This document shows, piece after piece, positions 14,237 through 26,431 of a DNA stretch of 64,000 bases. The stretch is from positions 12,524,001-12,588,000 of the forward strand of contig NC_135258.1 in the NCBI RefSeq assembly GCF_964204865.1, in the 5' to 3' direction. Origin of the DNA: Styela clava (lineage: Eukaryota). Position 1 is the first letter of the stretch, and each line of letters opens with the position of its first letter. The notes under the pieces were generated by a model. The model made no database searches. It was not told the origin of the DNA and saw nothing but the letters and a program-made list of their open reading frames with translations. Both the position numbers and the translations under genes were made by a program.

Positions 14237-16414
14237 AAGCACTACAACATAATTCCGATGTGTCTATATGTCTCAGCTATATCTGTAATGAAAATTGTAA
14301 TAGACGACGCAATGAAAAAGCTCGCTTCTCGACATTAGATTATTCAATATCTAGAGAAAATGTGACTTCATCTCGAGGCACCATTTACCGCGAACGAAGC
14401 AGTGCGTGCACATGTGACGAGTAAAAAGTTGTATATTGCGAGAGATACCGAAGGCCAGCTAGGATGTCGTGTTTGCGACGGATAGCGGACGCCTTTTCTG
14501 CTACAATTTGCGACAAGGCACTTGTGCGAGCGAGGATATTTGGCACTGACGGTTATCAAAAAAACTAAGCTCGCAAACGCTTCGATACCCGTGACAACTT
14601 GCGTATTGCGTTAAGTAAAATAGAGCTGTGTATTGAAGATATAATGAAAAAAGAAATTTCAGTTTCATCAATCTCACTGAGTCAATGGACTGTTTCTAAT
14701 AAATAGTTGTCTGTATTTGAGTCAAACTGTACTAACATTAAAAACACATTTTGCGTTTTTTAGGATTGGGTCGCGAGTATTCATAAAACTCAGATTTGGG
14801 TCGCGCTCGAAAAAGTTTAAGAACCACTGGTCTATGGCTAGAGGACATACGCAATTTTGCAACTTGTCTATATGTACCAGTCCTGAAAACCAAACAATCC
14901 AAAATCCCCAAAATAGCTAATCTGTTTCAATTACATTATTTTTTATGTTTAAAAATATATATTCCATCAATATAACACGCTCTGCACATCACCGAAATAA
15001 GACTAAAGTTAAATATAAAGAATAAAACAGTAATGTACTCTTATATAAAAGTCAACCAAGGTGAATTGGACTCAGACCAATGACATTAAACAACATGATG
15101 CGCAACTCCGGCATTTTTGTCCGAAGATCGTATTCGATAGCACGCTCCAATGCACATACTTGACGAGACGAAAACGAGCGGATGTGTGCTGCTTTCAAGG
15201 CGTAGCACGAATGGTGTTCGTGCCTGCTTTGACAGTTGTTGTCGATTTTATTGATATTTTTGAAAGTTGGGGTAAAAAGAAATCGGTAAAAGGTAAGGTG
15301 AATACTATTGTTGTATATCACACCCGGGCATCGCACTGTTAAGTACATGTGGGAAAGCCAGCCTTTGTCAAATACTACGAAGTTATTAATTCAGTACGGT
15401 ACGTAGTTGCCCATTTGCCGAAATTACATATTTACTTACCCCTTATGGTTTCAAATAGTTCATGCACCTCCAGTTAGATTTTTTTAATCAGTGAGGATAT
15501 ATACTCATTGTTGATTGCTGCTCATTGTAACATACTATTACGCATTCACTTTTATTTGCGTATTGAATCAAAGTGTTAACAAGTTCACCTAACATTTCAC
15601 TCATACCGGTCTATATTGTATAGTCTGATTTCTCAAGTATTTGGAGCCACGAATGCTTGTAATTTTCTGACTAAACCCTTTTATTAGTTGGTTTATATAC
15701 CAAATTCAGTAAAATATTTTTTAAATAAAACATGAGATATTGGATTTATTAGCTTTTCCATTCTGAATCATATAGACTGCTTTATTTATTCTTAACGAAA
15801 ATTAATAAATCTCCTCTCTTTCTTCAGATGTGAAAGTTGTGGACAAACCTGTCTAAGCATTGTGAGACTCTTGCAGCACAAGAGGCAATAGCAGAAATAG
15901 TAAGTATATCAATCAAGAAATTAAGCCGACATAAAGCAAAACTTTCAACTATTCGTCTAATCTCAATTTCCTATTATTTATTCACAGGACAACTATAGCA
16001 GACGGGGAGATATCAGAAGTCTGGCGACATATCAGTGACAGTGTGATTCCAAGAAATATAATGCAATTGAAAATAGAAAATTGCAATAGAAAAACAACCT
16101 ATGGAGGCATGCAAAGACATTTGACCCTCTGGTAGAGTTGTGTATGGCCCCCACATCCTGCAGGGCTTGGGGAAAATAACTAAAAATTCCAAAGCGTAAG
16201 ATTGCATAAGCGGTCTTATTTGTAAAAAGGCACAAAACACGCCAGACATACTTAAAACAGCTTTGGAAATGAGGATTACGGGTACCTCACTGCACCTGTG
16301 TTATATTTGGTTCATCAACTTTTGGTAGTACTATAGAAGAAATTTCGGAAGGGGTATAACCATCATTCATGATAAAATACTATCATATATTTTTTGAACA
16401 ACTTCAATCTAGAC

Positions 16415-17601
16415 CAGGGGTCTCAAACTCGCGGTCCCAGAGAACTTCCAGTGCGGCCCTCGAACGCTTAACAATAATTGTAATAGTATTTTTGAAGTTT
16501 TTTTTTTTATCTAAATGTAATAGATTTTTCAAACCTTCTAAAGTGAAATTGATTATTCACACAGAAAACAATTTACTGAAAGTAGTTTTGGAATATTAAT
16601 TTTTTTGTCCACATTTTGACCCAATTAAGAATACACATCAAGCTAGCAAAAGAATACTTGAATAAAACACTTGAGTAATTAAATTAAACGCAAAGTACAT
16701 GAAGAAGGTGGCATTTTCGAAGAAAATGGGAGTTGTAACATTTCTGCTCTTCATAAAATTCTGAAGCACATTGTTTAATTTGTCATATTTCCGTCAATAC
16801 AATCAAAAAACACAATAAGCTCAGCAGTCAATATGACAAATTCGAAGACCAACTTCGAACAGAAAATTTCCATGTGTTTGTATATTAATATAATTATACA
16901 ACGACTTAGTTACTAAAAATCAATGTCAATAATAATTCAAGCAATCCTATGCCACGCAATGTAGTGCGAAATGTCTTGTCGAAAAAATCTGTCATTTGTT
17001 TTTTTACTGATCTATACATGAAATGATAAAAGTAACTTTTTTGCATTATTGGAATTAATTAAACATTCGTAAAGATCCAGATAAACCCATGATCATGTGG
17101 CCTCGTTAGTTAGAGTTGGTACTATAAAATCATTTCAGACTGGCCTTAGTATGCTGGTGACACAAAAAAGATGCCAAACGCCAGGACAAATGTAATTATT
17201 AAAACATTGAGTTTATACTGTAGTATTTTTGTTAATTTTAGGTTCATATATTTAGATTAAGTTATTTTTAGTGTATGTATTATTCTTTCCTTATTCAAAG
17301 CTTGTTCAAAAATGATTTTGATGGTTGTACATAGAATTTTACGATTTTTTATAATAAATACTGTAACTTGCAAATGTTGCAATAATAGTGGAATGCAAAT
17401 ATTAATATGTAATTGCATTTGAAATTGAAGAAAATAATAAAACTTAATCCAACTGTTTAGTTGCATCACAATATATGTCACAAACTAAAACTATCTTAAA
17501 AATATCTTTTAAGTATACATTATCAAAAACTGTTTGCGGCTCTTTTTACAATTTTCAAAATGCAATGCGGCTCTCGAAAACCCATGAGTTTGACACCACT
17601 G
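16415..17601. mobile_element. hAT (Charlie/Buster-like) non-autonomous element
   Basis: Termini CAGGGGTCTCAAACTC ... GAGTTTGACACCACTG; imperfect TSD ATCTAGAC/ATCTATTC; subterminal TGCGGC(C/T)CT repeats. Confidence 0.75.
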
Positions 17602-19448
17602 ATCTATTCTAGACGATTCAAGCATTGCTTTGGGAAATTATATCACTTCAATTAAATTGAAATAATTTCGCTATATTAAATACAAAATCGTTGCTATCAT
17701 AAAGGTAAACCAATTCAGCCACTCGAAATATATTGGCCTTCACAAAGAAATGGAGGCAAAATTGAGAGTTCATGAGCTATGAACATTTGTTCTTTTCTTT
17801 GTCTTGAACTTTCCATACTCCACAGCCCCTATTAATTTTAATTACCATGTGATGGTCATACATATCTTTAACTTGTATTTTCTGTCATGATGTATTATCT
17901 CAATGTGCCAAACTATTAATTAGTGTGCATATTCTGCTTCCAGATGACATAAATGTATTGTCATGTTTATTACCTCAGCTTGGAGTATTGACAAGAAAAA
18001 GGTGCCAGTAAATTAGGTAAAAAAATTTTCAACTCATTGTTATAATCAGAATTCACAATCAATAGGAATTATAAACAGCCAACAATCAGTGAGAATTATA
18101 TGCGAAATTCCTCAGAATAAATTTGTCCAAAATCGGAGGAAGGCAAAAAATATAGGTGGTTTCCATCCACACAAGCATTTTAAGAAGACTTGCTCGAGCC
18201 AAACTAAATGAGCATCGTCAGGTGATCGGTAAGGCTGCAAGTTGAATTCAGCCCTGCAACCTCCTGCATAGAAGATAATATTAATTAGTGGGCTATGAGC
18301 TAAATTCCTAAATTTAAACAAACCTATCTACGATGCATTATGTACCAGCAATGTTACCTACGATTAACTGAATATGTAATATGTCTAATAAATTCACCTA
18401 CGAAAGCAAGTTCGATAGGTGCAAACTTTGTGTTATGGAATTGTATCGCAGCACAGTTTTGTATGACACCCTCTTTAAATGAAATTTCAATGATTAAGCG
18501 CAAACATTAAAATTACTAACTTTGAACTTTGTCATTATCTGCAAAATGTTCCACACAAATCTTTCCGCTATCGCGTTTGTAATCTTCTCTGATAAAAAAA
18601 AACGTCTATGATGTCCAGAATTGCTCTTTACAGCTTGCCTGTTATTCCAGCTTTCCAAGTAAGCAAAACTTCTTAGATATAGAGATTATTTTGTTTCGTT
18701 ACAGGCGCAAAAAGGCAGGTACTACACGTAAAAAAGACGCCGAGTAGCAAAAGCGAGCGGAAAACGGACGCGAAAGGCGACGAGAAATATGTGCATTGGA
18801 GCGTATCATGAAATACAATGTTTTGCCTGTAGTCTTATGGAGTGACGTCAGAGTTGCCTATCATGTTGTTTAATGTCATTGCTCAGACAGTAAATATCAC
18901 AAGTACACGCCTTCCTATACAGTAGTATAAATTGAAAATTATTAGCGCTAAGCTAGAATCTGAGATGCAAAAACTCGAAAATCCTTCGCCTAGGTTATTT
19001 TGCCTTTGTGACGTCACAATAGTCCTGCGTTAACAATGATAATTCATTATGACGGAACAATTGAACAAATTTGCATATCATACAAAATTTCTATTTTTAT
19101 GGGTTTCGGAATTCTTAAAATAAAATCTGAGTTAACAGACAGGTGCGCAGCATTACATAAATACCTATTTTATGAAAAATTCAAAACCGCCCAAAATGAC
19201 TTGCGCAATTCGGTTATTAGCGTGACGATATGTGAATTCAAATTTATATGTATTTATATATTTTATTATTTATTCAAAAATATATGTATATGTAAATTCA
19301 AATTTTAATGGAACATTTTATTTAAAGAAGAAGCAAAGCTATACAAAATAGAGCATATGTCCCACTCAGTTACTGTCAAAGATGATCTACATAGTCTAAA
19401 ATAAATTCATTTTTTCAATTTCACTGTCGTAAACTGGTTAACACGTCA

Positions 19449-20347
19449 TCAAAATCTGTTTTTTTCCAATGTTTCTCTTTCAACACTTAGAAGTGCAAGA
19501 TCACGGAGACGATCCTGTCCCGTTGATGCACGCGAATACGACAAAATAAGTTTCAATCTGCTGAAAGACCGTTCACAGCTTGCAATTGAAACTGATATTG
19601 TTAACAAAATTTGTAGAGAAATTCGCAGATTGAATAAAACGTCGTCTCCAAAAGACACAATAAAACCAAGAAGAGCCGAAGGAGTTTCTGGTTGATCTAC
19701 AGTTCTGTTACTGAGCAGCATTCTGCAATCTCCAATTTCGGTGAAAAGTTCGTGGCCATTGATGTCCGTGTGGTAGAGATTTGCAAAATCTGTGCAATCT
19801 CGACGAATTGTCGAAAACGGCATTGAGGTCTTTTAGCACAGTATAATATATTTTATGTAACTCTGCCGCAAAGTACGGTACTTTGACAACAAAATACAAT
19901 CCACGCATTACTCAAAACATGTATTAACATCATTCAACCAAATTCCGTTTCCATTTGTCTCCAGCACAGAACTAATATCAACTTACATCCGAGTGCGCAG
20001 CCAAGAACTTAACGATACAGAACCACGTAATTAACCCGGTGCATTTTGTTACCTAACGTTACCAAATCAAATTTTGCTTTGTTTTCCGGCCAAATTTTTT
20101 TGGCCATGTAATTACGATGGAAATCTGACCGTGCTATGTGCGTGATGACGTCGGCAGTCGTAAGTGGTCTGACCAAGTGTGCAGTTTGCCATGTACTAAG
20201 ATTAGATGTCTGCCGCCGGTGCGATCTTGCTTGTGACCGTTTTTTTACCTTTGTTGTGAAATTTTTGCCAGCCCCATTTTGGCGCCCCTGTACCTTGGCG
20301 CCCGGGGGCATATGTACCCCACTGCCCCCCCCTAAGCTACGCCTCTG
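19449..20347 (-). mobile_element. Internally deleted hAT transposon relic carrying the C-terminal dimerisation domain
   Basis: ORF 19449-19823 encodes LRISLQILLTISVSIASCERSFSRLKLILSYSRASTGQDRLRDLALLSVE (hATC dimerisation motif). A terminus CAGAGGCGTAGCT reads on the minus strand from 20347; the other TIR was not found. Confidence 0.8.
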
Positions 20348-21135
20348 CTAAACATACTCTGAAATGAATATTTCCCTACTTAAAGCGATTTGCCGTCAAT
20401 ACCACATTTTAGTGAAATTCTCATGTACATACACCCCAAAGCGTATATTCACCATTGCTTTTACTTTCTAGTACAATTTCTCCCTAAACATACTCTAAAA
20501 TAAATATTTCCCGTACCTCAAATCGATTTCCCGTCATTCCCGCTTTTTGTGAAATTTCCGATTTTTAGTGGAATTTTCCCGTAGTTCCTGTCACTCCCCT
20601 AGTTCCCGCATTTTAGTATTGGCAATTTCCCGTCGTTCCCGCAGTTCCCGCATTTTGAGGCGCAGTTCTTACCACTTAATGGCAGCTCCTGCCACGAACG
20701 TACCACGGCGTCTATTGCCATGGTTTTATCGCGCTATTACCGGTATATTTACAAAGTCGTGTACAATATTTTAGTTTATCATGCGGAATTATATCTACTT
20801 AAATCTAAACCTTACCCCGAATACATCAAAACTGTATTTATGAGAAAAGCCTTCCAACTTACCCAAGATTTATCACCATCAGGGACAGCCGACATGCCGT
20901 GGTTACGGCAGCAAAATTTGTGATATTCGATTTGCAGTCGTAACCACGGCTGATCACGGCAGCTCGCTATTGGTTTGTGGCAGCTAAAAAGTCAGTCGCC
21001 GTTGGTTTGGTCATGGCGGCCATGGTTTGGAAATCCCGCCATGGTTTTGCGGCAGCTCTAGACGTCACAAAATACTTGAAGCTGCACTTGCGCATTTTAG
21101 TGCAGTTTTCGTCGTTCCCGTTTCCCGCATTTTAG

Positions 21136-21383
21136 GGTTGCCCATCTCACAATTTCGGTTACCCTGGCCACAATTCTGTTCCCACATTTTAGTTTAGCGT
21201 GCTGCAGATTTGATTAATGGGATTGGATTTGATGTAAAAGATCATGTTATTACCGGTAGTCCCATGTCTGAATTCATTAGGTATGCCCCGCTAAAAATCC
21301 CGTAATCGCTGTAAATGTATGCACGATTAACCCTCTGACCACCGCGAAATTGGAGGATGGCAAATTGTGGCTAATAGGGTAAC
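21136..21383. mobile_element. About 250-bp MITE (family B), copy 2, inverted relative to copy 1
   Basis: Reverse-complement match to 13973-14236; carries an extra CCGGTA at 21251-21258. Confidence 0.75.
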
Positions 21384-21590
21384 GTTGGTCATTCAGACGT
21401 TCGGGCAATTCAATCAATGCTTGAAGAAAATTATGAAAACCATCATCTTCTAACAGCAAGGGTTTTTGCCTCGGCAATTGAGTACGGTACAGAAATAGCT
21501 GGCAGACTGGTGATGCAATCTCTGAATCTACCTATGGCAACAGTACGGTATTCCTAATGCCAGAATGCTGTGATGCATGGCACTGTCTGG

Positions 21591-23900
21591 AACAATTGGA
21601 AACAATTGCGCCCAATTCTCTTACTAATCTATAATAGTTATCATAAACAGTCATGTCTGTCTCAGAACACAAGTCTTGGTGTAATAACTTTACTTTATAA
21701 AAAAGGAGATAAAAATGATATAAAAAATTGGAGACCTATTACTCTACTTAATTTCGAATATAAATTAATCGCAAAAGTTTTAGCTTTGAGAATGAAAGCA
21801 GTACTGCCTGATATAATAAATCATGACCAAACAGGATTTATTGAAGGAAGAACGATTCATGAAAATTTATTAACAATAAGAGATGACATTTTTTGGGCGA
21901 ATAAACAAAACCAACCGTTAATAATTTTTAGTATAGACCAAGAAAAGGCTTACGATACTGTTGATAGAGTTTTGTTACTAAGAATATTAAAAAAAGTTAA
22001 TTTTGGTAATTATTTCATTCGATGGGTCAATACCCTATTTAACAACACCAATGCAAAAATAATAACAAATGGATATTTATCAAAGCAATTTAGTATAACA
22101 CGAGGAGTTAGACAAGGTTGCCCCCTTGCCCCACTTTTATATATTATAATGTCCGAATTGTTAGCATCCAGCATCAGATACAATAGAGCAATAATAGGTT
22201 TTCAAAATTGTGCAGGAGATAGGGAGAAATATAAAGGTTTTGCGGATGACACTATTGTCACAGTAGAAAGTTTATCCTCCATAGATGAAGTATTAAAATT
22301 AATGGCAGAATTTGAAAAAGCTACAGGCTTGAGAATAAATATTCCAAAATGCAACATATTGTTGTGTGGGTCAGCAAAACGGCTAAACTTAGGACCTTCA
22401 TACAAGGGTATTCAAATTCAAGAAGAGCTTAAAATTCTAGGAGCTTATATAGGAAACAATGTTGTATCAAGAGATAAAAACTGGTTGAAAATCATTAACT
22501 CAATTCAAAATGTAGTAAATTTATGGCAGGGACGGAAGTTATCAATGATAGGAAAAATTATTATTGTCAAATCATTAATGTTATCCAAAGTGTGGCACAT
22601 AGCCAATTTTGAAATTATGCCAGGAAATTTCGTTCGAAAATTAGAATCTATAATATGGAAATTCATTTGGAATAATAAAACTCAACTAGTGTCAAGACAA
22701 ATTACATCTAATATTTTCACATCCGGAGGTTTGAATATGTTAGACCTCAGGAGCCAAATAAAAGCTCTTCAGGTCAAATGGATTTTTAAAATCCTCAAAA
22801 ACGAGAGTAGGCCATGGAGTAAAAGAGCCAATTATTTTATTAATAATTATTGTAATATTTTGTCCAAAGATAATTTGGAATGTCTGTATTTGAAAGTCCA
22901 ATTTGACAAAGTAACTACCATACCTAATTTTTATACCGCCATTATCAATTCATTCAAGGATATTAAGTTGGAGAGAAATCATCCCTTTAATATTACAGAG
23001 GTTAAAAATGAAATTTTATGGTACAATCCCTTAATCTCAGAGCAAAATTTTAGATTTTCGTCCAAATGGATCCAAGCAAAAGTCATTTCTGTGGCTGATA
23101 TTGTGGATAACACTGTGCATTATTTAACAAGTAGAATATATTCTATTGATCAAATTGGGGATCACAGAAGAAAGCTCTTTTATTTAAATAGATGCTCTAG
23201 TGAAATCCAACAGGTTTGGGGCAATCTACCTATTAGCTGGAAAGAAATTCTATCGAGAAATCATAATTTACCCGAAAACAGACTTGGAATCGATAGATAT
23301 ATGAACTCCAATTTATCCACCAAAAAAATAAGTAGTTTATTGAAAATAAGGAAAATCACAGAAATTGCTACACGGCATGATATGTACATTACACAAAAAT
23401 TAAATTTGAATATTCCTATAGACTGGTCAAATATTTGGCAATATAAACTCTCAAATAAATATAAAATTCTGAGTTGGAAAATTTTACATAATGGTTTACC
23501 TACGGGGGACAAATTAAAATATTGGTTTGATGATGAGAATGGACAATGTGTATTTTGTAATGAAAATGAAGAAACCTGTATACATTTATTTTGTTATTGT
23601 GATTGGATAATTGACTTTTGGCAGTGGTGCAATGTAAGGGAAATCAATTGTGACATAATTATTGCTAATAATATTCATAGTGAAGTGGTATCATTAATCA
23701 TTCAATGTGGAAAATCAGCCATATGGGAGTTCAGGAATAGTGTCAAATATGATGATGTATTCCAAATGCAATGTAACTTGCGAGCTATTTTTAAATGCAA
23801 ACTCCTGGGTGTAATCAGATTAATGTCAGATTTTGATAGACAAAGAATATTATCTGACGAAATCGTTGATGATGTACTACAAAAATCGATAATGAGTTGA
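21591..23900 (+). CDS. LINE ORF2 fragment: reverse transcriptase plus C-terminal zinc-binding domain, endonuclease missing
   Basis: NWRPITLLNFEYK, DQEKAYD, RGVRQGCPLAP, GFADD and CVFC..ETCIHLFCYC motifs in an uninterrupted frame of about 770 codons. The start codon given in the ORF track lies in flanking DNA. Confidence 0.92.
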   Translation, partial: NNWKQLRPILLLIYNSYHKQSCLSQNTSLGVITLLYKKGDKNDIKNWRPITLLNFEYKLIAKVLALRMKAVLPDIINHDQTGFIEGRTIHENLLTIRDDIFWANKQNQPLIIFSIDQEKAYDTVDRVLLLRILKKVNFGNYFIRWVNTLFNNTNAKIITNGYLSKQFSITRGVRQGCPLAPLLYIIMSELLASSIRYNRAIIGFQNCAGDREKYKGFADDTIVTVESLSSIDEVLKLMAEFEKATGLRINIPKCNILLCGSAKRLNLGPSYKGIQIQEELKILGAYIGNNVVSRDKNWLKIINSIQNVVNLWQGRKLSMIGKIIIVKSLMLSKVWHIANFEIMPGNFVRKLESIIWKFIWNNKTQLVSRQITSNIFTSGGLNMLDLRSQIKALQVKWIFKILKNESRPWSKRANYFINNYCNILSKDNLECLYLKVQFDKVTTIPNFYTAIINSFKDIKLERNHPFNITEVKNEILWYNPLISEQNFRFSSKWIQAKVISVADIVDNTVHYLTSRIYSIDQIGDHRRKLFYLNRCSSEIQQVWGNLPISWKEILSRNHNLPENRLGIDRYMNSNLSTKKISSLLKIRKITEIATRHDMYITQKLNLNIPIDWSNIWQYKLSNKYKILSWKILHNGLPTGDKLKYWFDDENGQCVFCNENEETCIHLFCYCDWIIDFWQWCNVREINCDIIIANNIHSEVVSLIIQCGKSAIWEFRNSVKYDDVFQMQCNLRAIFKCKLLGVIRLMSDFDRQRILSDEIVDDVLQKSIMS

Positions 23901-24344
23901 AGAAATTGAGATTGTCTTGATTTAGGAGGTTTGACTATATAAATGATTGCATAACATAGACAGATTAAATGAAAATCTAGTAGCATGATAGGTTTTTGAA
24001 TTTTCTGTCTAATTTTTTGAAACCTTTTCTTTTTCCATGCTAATATAAAATAATTAATTATATATGTACATAAAAATACTATATTTATGACGAAATATGG
24101 ACAATCTTCAATACAAACGGATATATGACGAAAAATGGATTATCATCACTGGGTTTGATATGTATTAATAATTGTTTATCCAACTGTTTTAATTTTCCTC
24201 AATTACCGTAATTGGAACGCAATACATGCAATTGGTTTCAAAAAAACAAAAAATAAATAAAATTATATAAAACAAAAACTGAAAATTTAATTGGCTTCAA
24301 AAACATAATTAAATAATTCCATATTGACTCTGGAATTGAATTTG

Positions 24345-24374
<30 letters not shown>
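21591..24374 (+). mobile_element. 5'-truncated non-LTR retrotransposon, L1/Tx1 clade
   Basis: 14-bp TSD ATGGCACTGTCTGG at 21577-21590 and 24375-24388; poly(A) starting at 24347; 3' UTR from 23901 to 24346. Confidence 0.95.
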
Positions 24375-24379
<5 letters not shown>

Positions 24380-25315
24380 ACTGTCTGGCTGTGCAGCTGT
24401 AGCATGTGACCAAATTGTGTTTTTTTTTTTGCTGAAAACTAGAATGCTATAGTAAATTTTTTTCCTCCAGTAAATCGGATTTTCTTTTTCGAGTAATGTC
24501 TTTCAATGTAGTTGTGTGTATGTATGTTTATTCGTCTCGTAAAAGCAAAAACACAGGAGTTAGTAAATATCAACATTGAAGACGGGATGTATACACAAGA
24601 CCATACTGGCTTAAAACACATGAAAGTGCGGCATACACCCCCTGCCCCCTATGACTGTATGATAAGCATAAAACTGTAAAATGCAATAAATCAAATAAGT
24701 ATAATGGTCCTTCATACAGACAGTTGTGCAAGGAGGGTGGATGGGTAGCAATATAGGCAACACTGCAACAGGAGTAAGAGTGGAGTATGCCCAACTGTTT
24801 GTACAAAGGAGTTGGTAGGACAAGACAATATCAATAAATAGAGACAATACAACATGGAATATAATACATGTAAACATAATAATAAAATTTGGACATATAC
24901 TAAATATAGCACCCTTGAGTAATGATACCCCACCCTATAAATGAGAGAAATAGTCAAGTTTAAAGGAGTATGTGCATATATGGTATGTACCACTCAAGGG
25001 TGAGTGTCTTAACTCTTAAGTAATATATGGCTAATCTAGCAAATATGCATTCCTTCCAGGCTTGGGAAAATGCGATGTAATAAGTTATGTCAAGTTATTC
25101 GCTTTTCCAAGTTACTTCGTATTTTATAGTTCTGAATACCGCCAAAAAAGATCAGGATTCAAAAAAAGATATTCTATTCTCGGAATCAGAGAATTGTGCC
25201 ATACTGCAAGTTCAGGAAAAATTTGGGAAAAAGTGCAGATTACGGTGGTTTCATATGTCAGAATCTGAAAATATATTGTAACACTTCTTGGCGGGCTAGT
25301 TCACTAAGCGCCCTC

Positions 25316-25510
25316 AAGTACTTCTAGTATGGCATAACCATTTTCGCATATGTCATTTCTAACCCCAGCCTGACTACGACACAGTGACGAAATAAGGCTC
25401 GTCAAAGTATACGGATTGTCATCCAAACCGCACATTCGATAACCCGAATTTAAGCAAGCTATTTCTCTCGTTTTCTCGTCGTAACAATGTTACGCCAACT
25501 AGAAGTACTT
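25316..25510. mobile_element. Palindromic MITE derivative just upstream of MLEC
   Basis: Arms AAGTACTTCTAGTATGGC / GCCAACTAGAAGTACTT; shares CATATG..CTAACCCC..CCTGACTA and CAACTAGAAGTAC with the element at 55400-55853. Confidence 0.55.
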
Positions 25511-25588
25511 ACGACGTTTATTGAATATGCGCCCTTCTTTCTGCATTAGCTGATAACTTTTTTTTCTAATTTTCAGAATATTAGAAAA

Positions 25589-26431
25589 ATGTGGGCAACA
25601 GAATCTTTAGTTATACCATTTACTTTGGCACTATTGTGTTTCATTGATATTACGTTTGCAAATGATGTCATTTATGCAGTAAATGCAGGAGGAACACAGC
25701 ATGTTGATTCAAATGGAATACAGTATATTGCCGATCCATTAAAAGTTGGAGTTGCAAGTGATTATGGTCAACGATTCAATATTAGAAGAGTTTCACATAA
25801 TGATCAAGTTCTTTATCAAACTGAGAGATGGCATGATGAATCATTTAGTTACGATGTTCCAGTTAAAAGTGATGGTGATTACGTTTTGGTGCTTAAATTT
25901 TCTGAAGTTTATTTTACTGGATCAGAGCAAAAGGTATTTAACGTGCAACTCAATAATCAACATATGATTGTACAATCTCTGGATATTTTCGATAAAGTTG
26001 GCCACGCAACTGCACATGATGAAATCGTCCCTTTTTCCATTAAAAAAGGAACGTTGAATGTTGGAACTGAATCTTCATCTTTCAATAATATTTTGACTGT
26101 GGAGTTTTTAAAAGGTGCTGCTGATAATCCAAAGATATGTGCATTCTATTTGTTGAAGGGAAAACCAGAAGATGTGAATCAGCTACCTCCTTTGGATCTT
26201 CTCAACAAGGCAGAGGAAGAGGAGGAAGAAGAAGAGGAAGAATCCCCTGATGTGGGAACCAGACCGGACGACAAGAAGACAAGTTATAGTGATCAAGCAA
26301 AGCGGGAGAAATTGAAATCTGGCCCTCCTGCTGTAAATCCTTATGCAGAAGACAATAGCAGCTTGGTTTTACCTATTATAGTTGCATTTTGTGCATTCAT
26401 ACCTACTCTTGTATGTCTATGTAGGCTTTGA
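25589..26431 (+). CDS. MLEC: Malectin (ER glycan-binding lectin), intronless CDS
   Basis: Signal peptide; VIYAVNAGG..GVASDYG..LYQTER..VLKFSEVYF..KVFNV..AHDE..DNPKICA; acidic poly-E stretch; SGP..NPYA; C-terminal TM segment ending CLCRL. Confidence 0.96.
   Translation: MWATESLVIPFTLALLCFIDITFANDVIYAVNAGGTQHVDSNGIQYIADPLKVGVASDYGQRFNIRRVSHNDQVLYQTERWHDESFSYDVPVKSDGDYVLVLKFSEVYFTGSEQKVFNVQLNNQHMIVQSLDIFDKVGHATAHDEIVPFSIKKGTLNVGTESSSFNNILTVEFLKGAADNPKICAFYLLKGKPEDVNQLPPLDLLNKAEEEEEEEEEESPDVGTRPDDKKTSYSDQAKREKLKSGPPAVNPYAEDNSSLVLPIIVAFCAFIPTLVCLCRL

Noticed and set aside
13973-21383. One 7.4-kb transposon bounded by 250-bp inverted repeats
   Set aside because: Each copy has its own inverted ends, the copies are diverged, and no shared outer TSD was seen; two independent MITE copies are simpler.
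21570-21590. Start codon of the 776-aa ORF as a real gene start
   Set aside because: These codons are flanking DNA and TSD fused by chance to a 5'-truncated ORF2.
24420-25010. 3' end of a second, minus-strand retroelement (T run at 24420-24430)
   Set aside because: No TSD or coding remnant could be identified.
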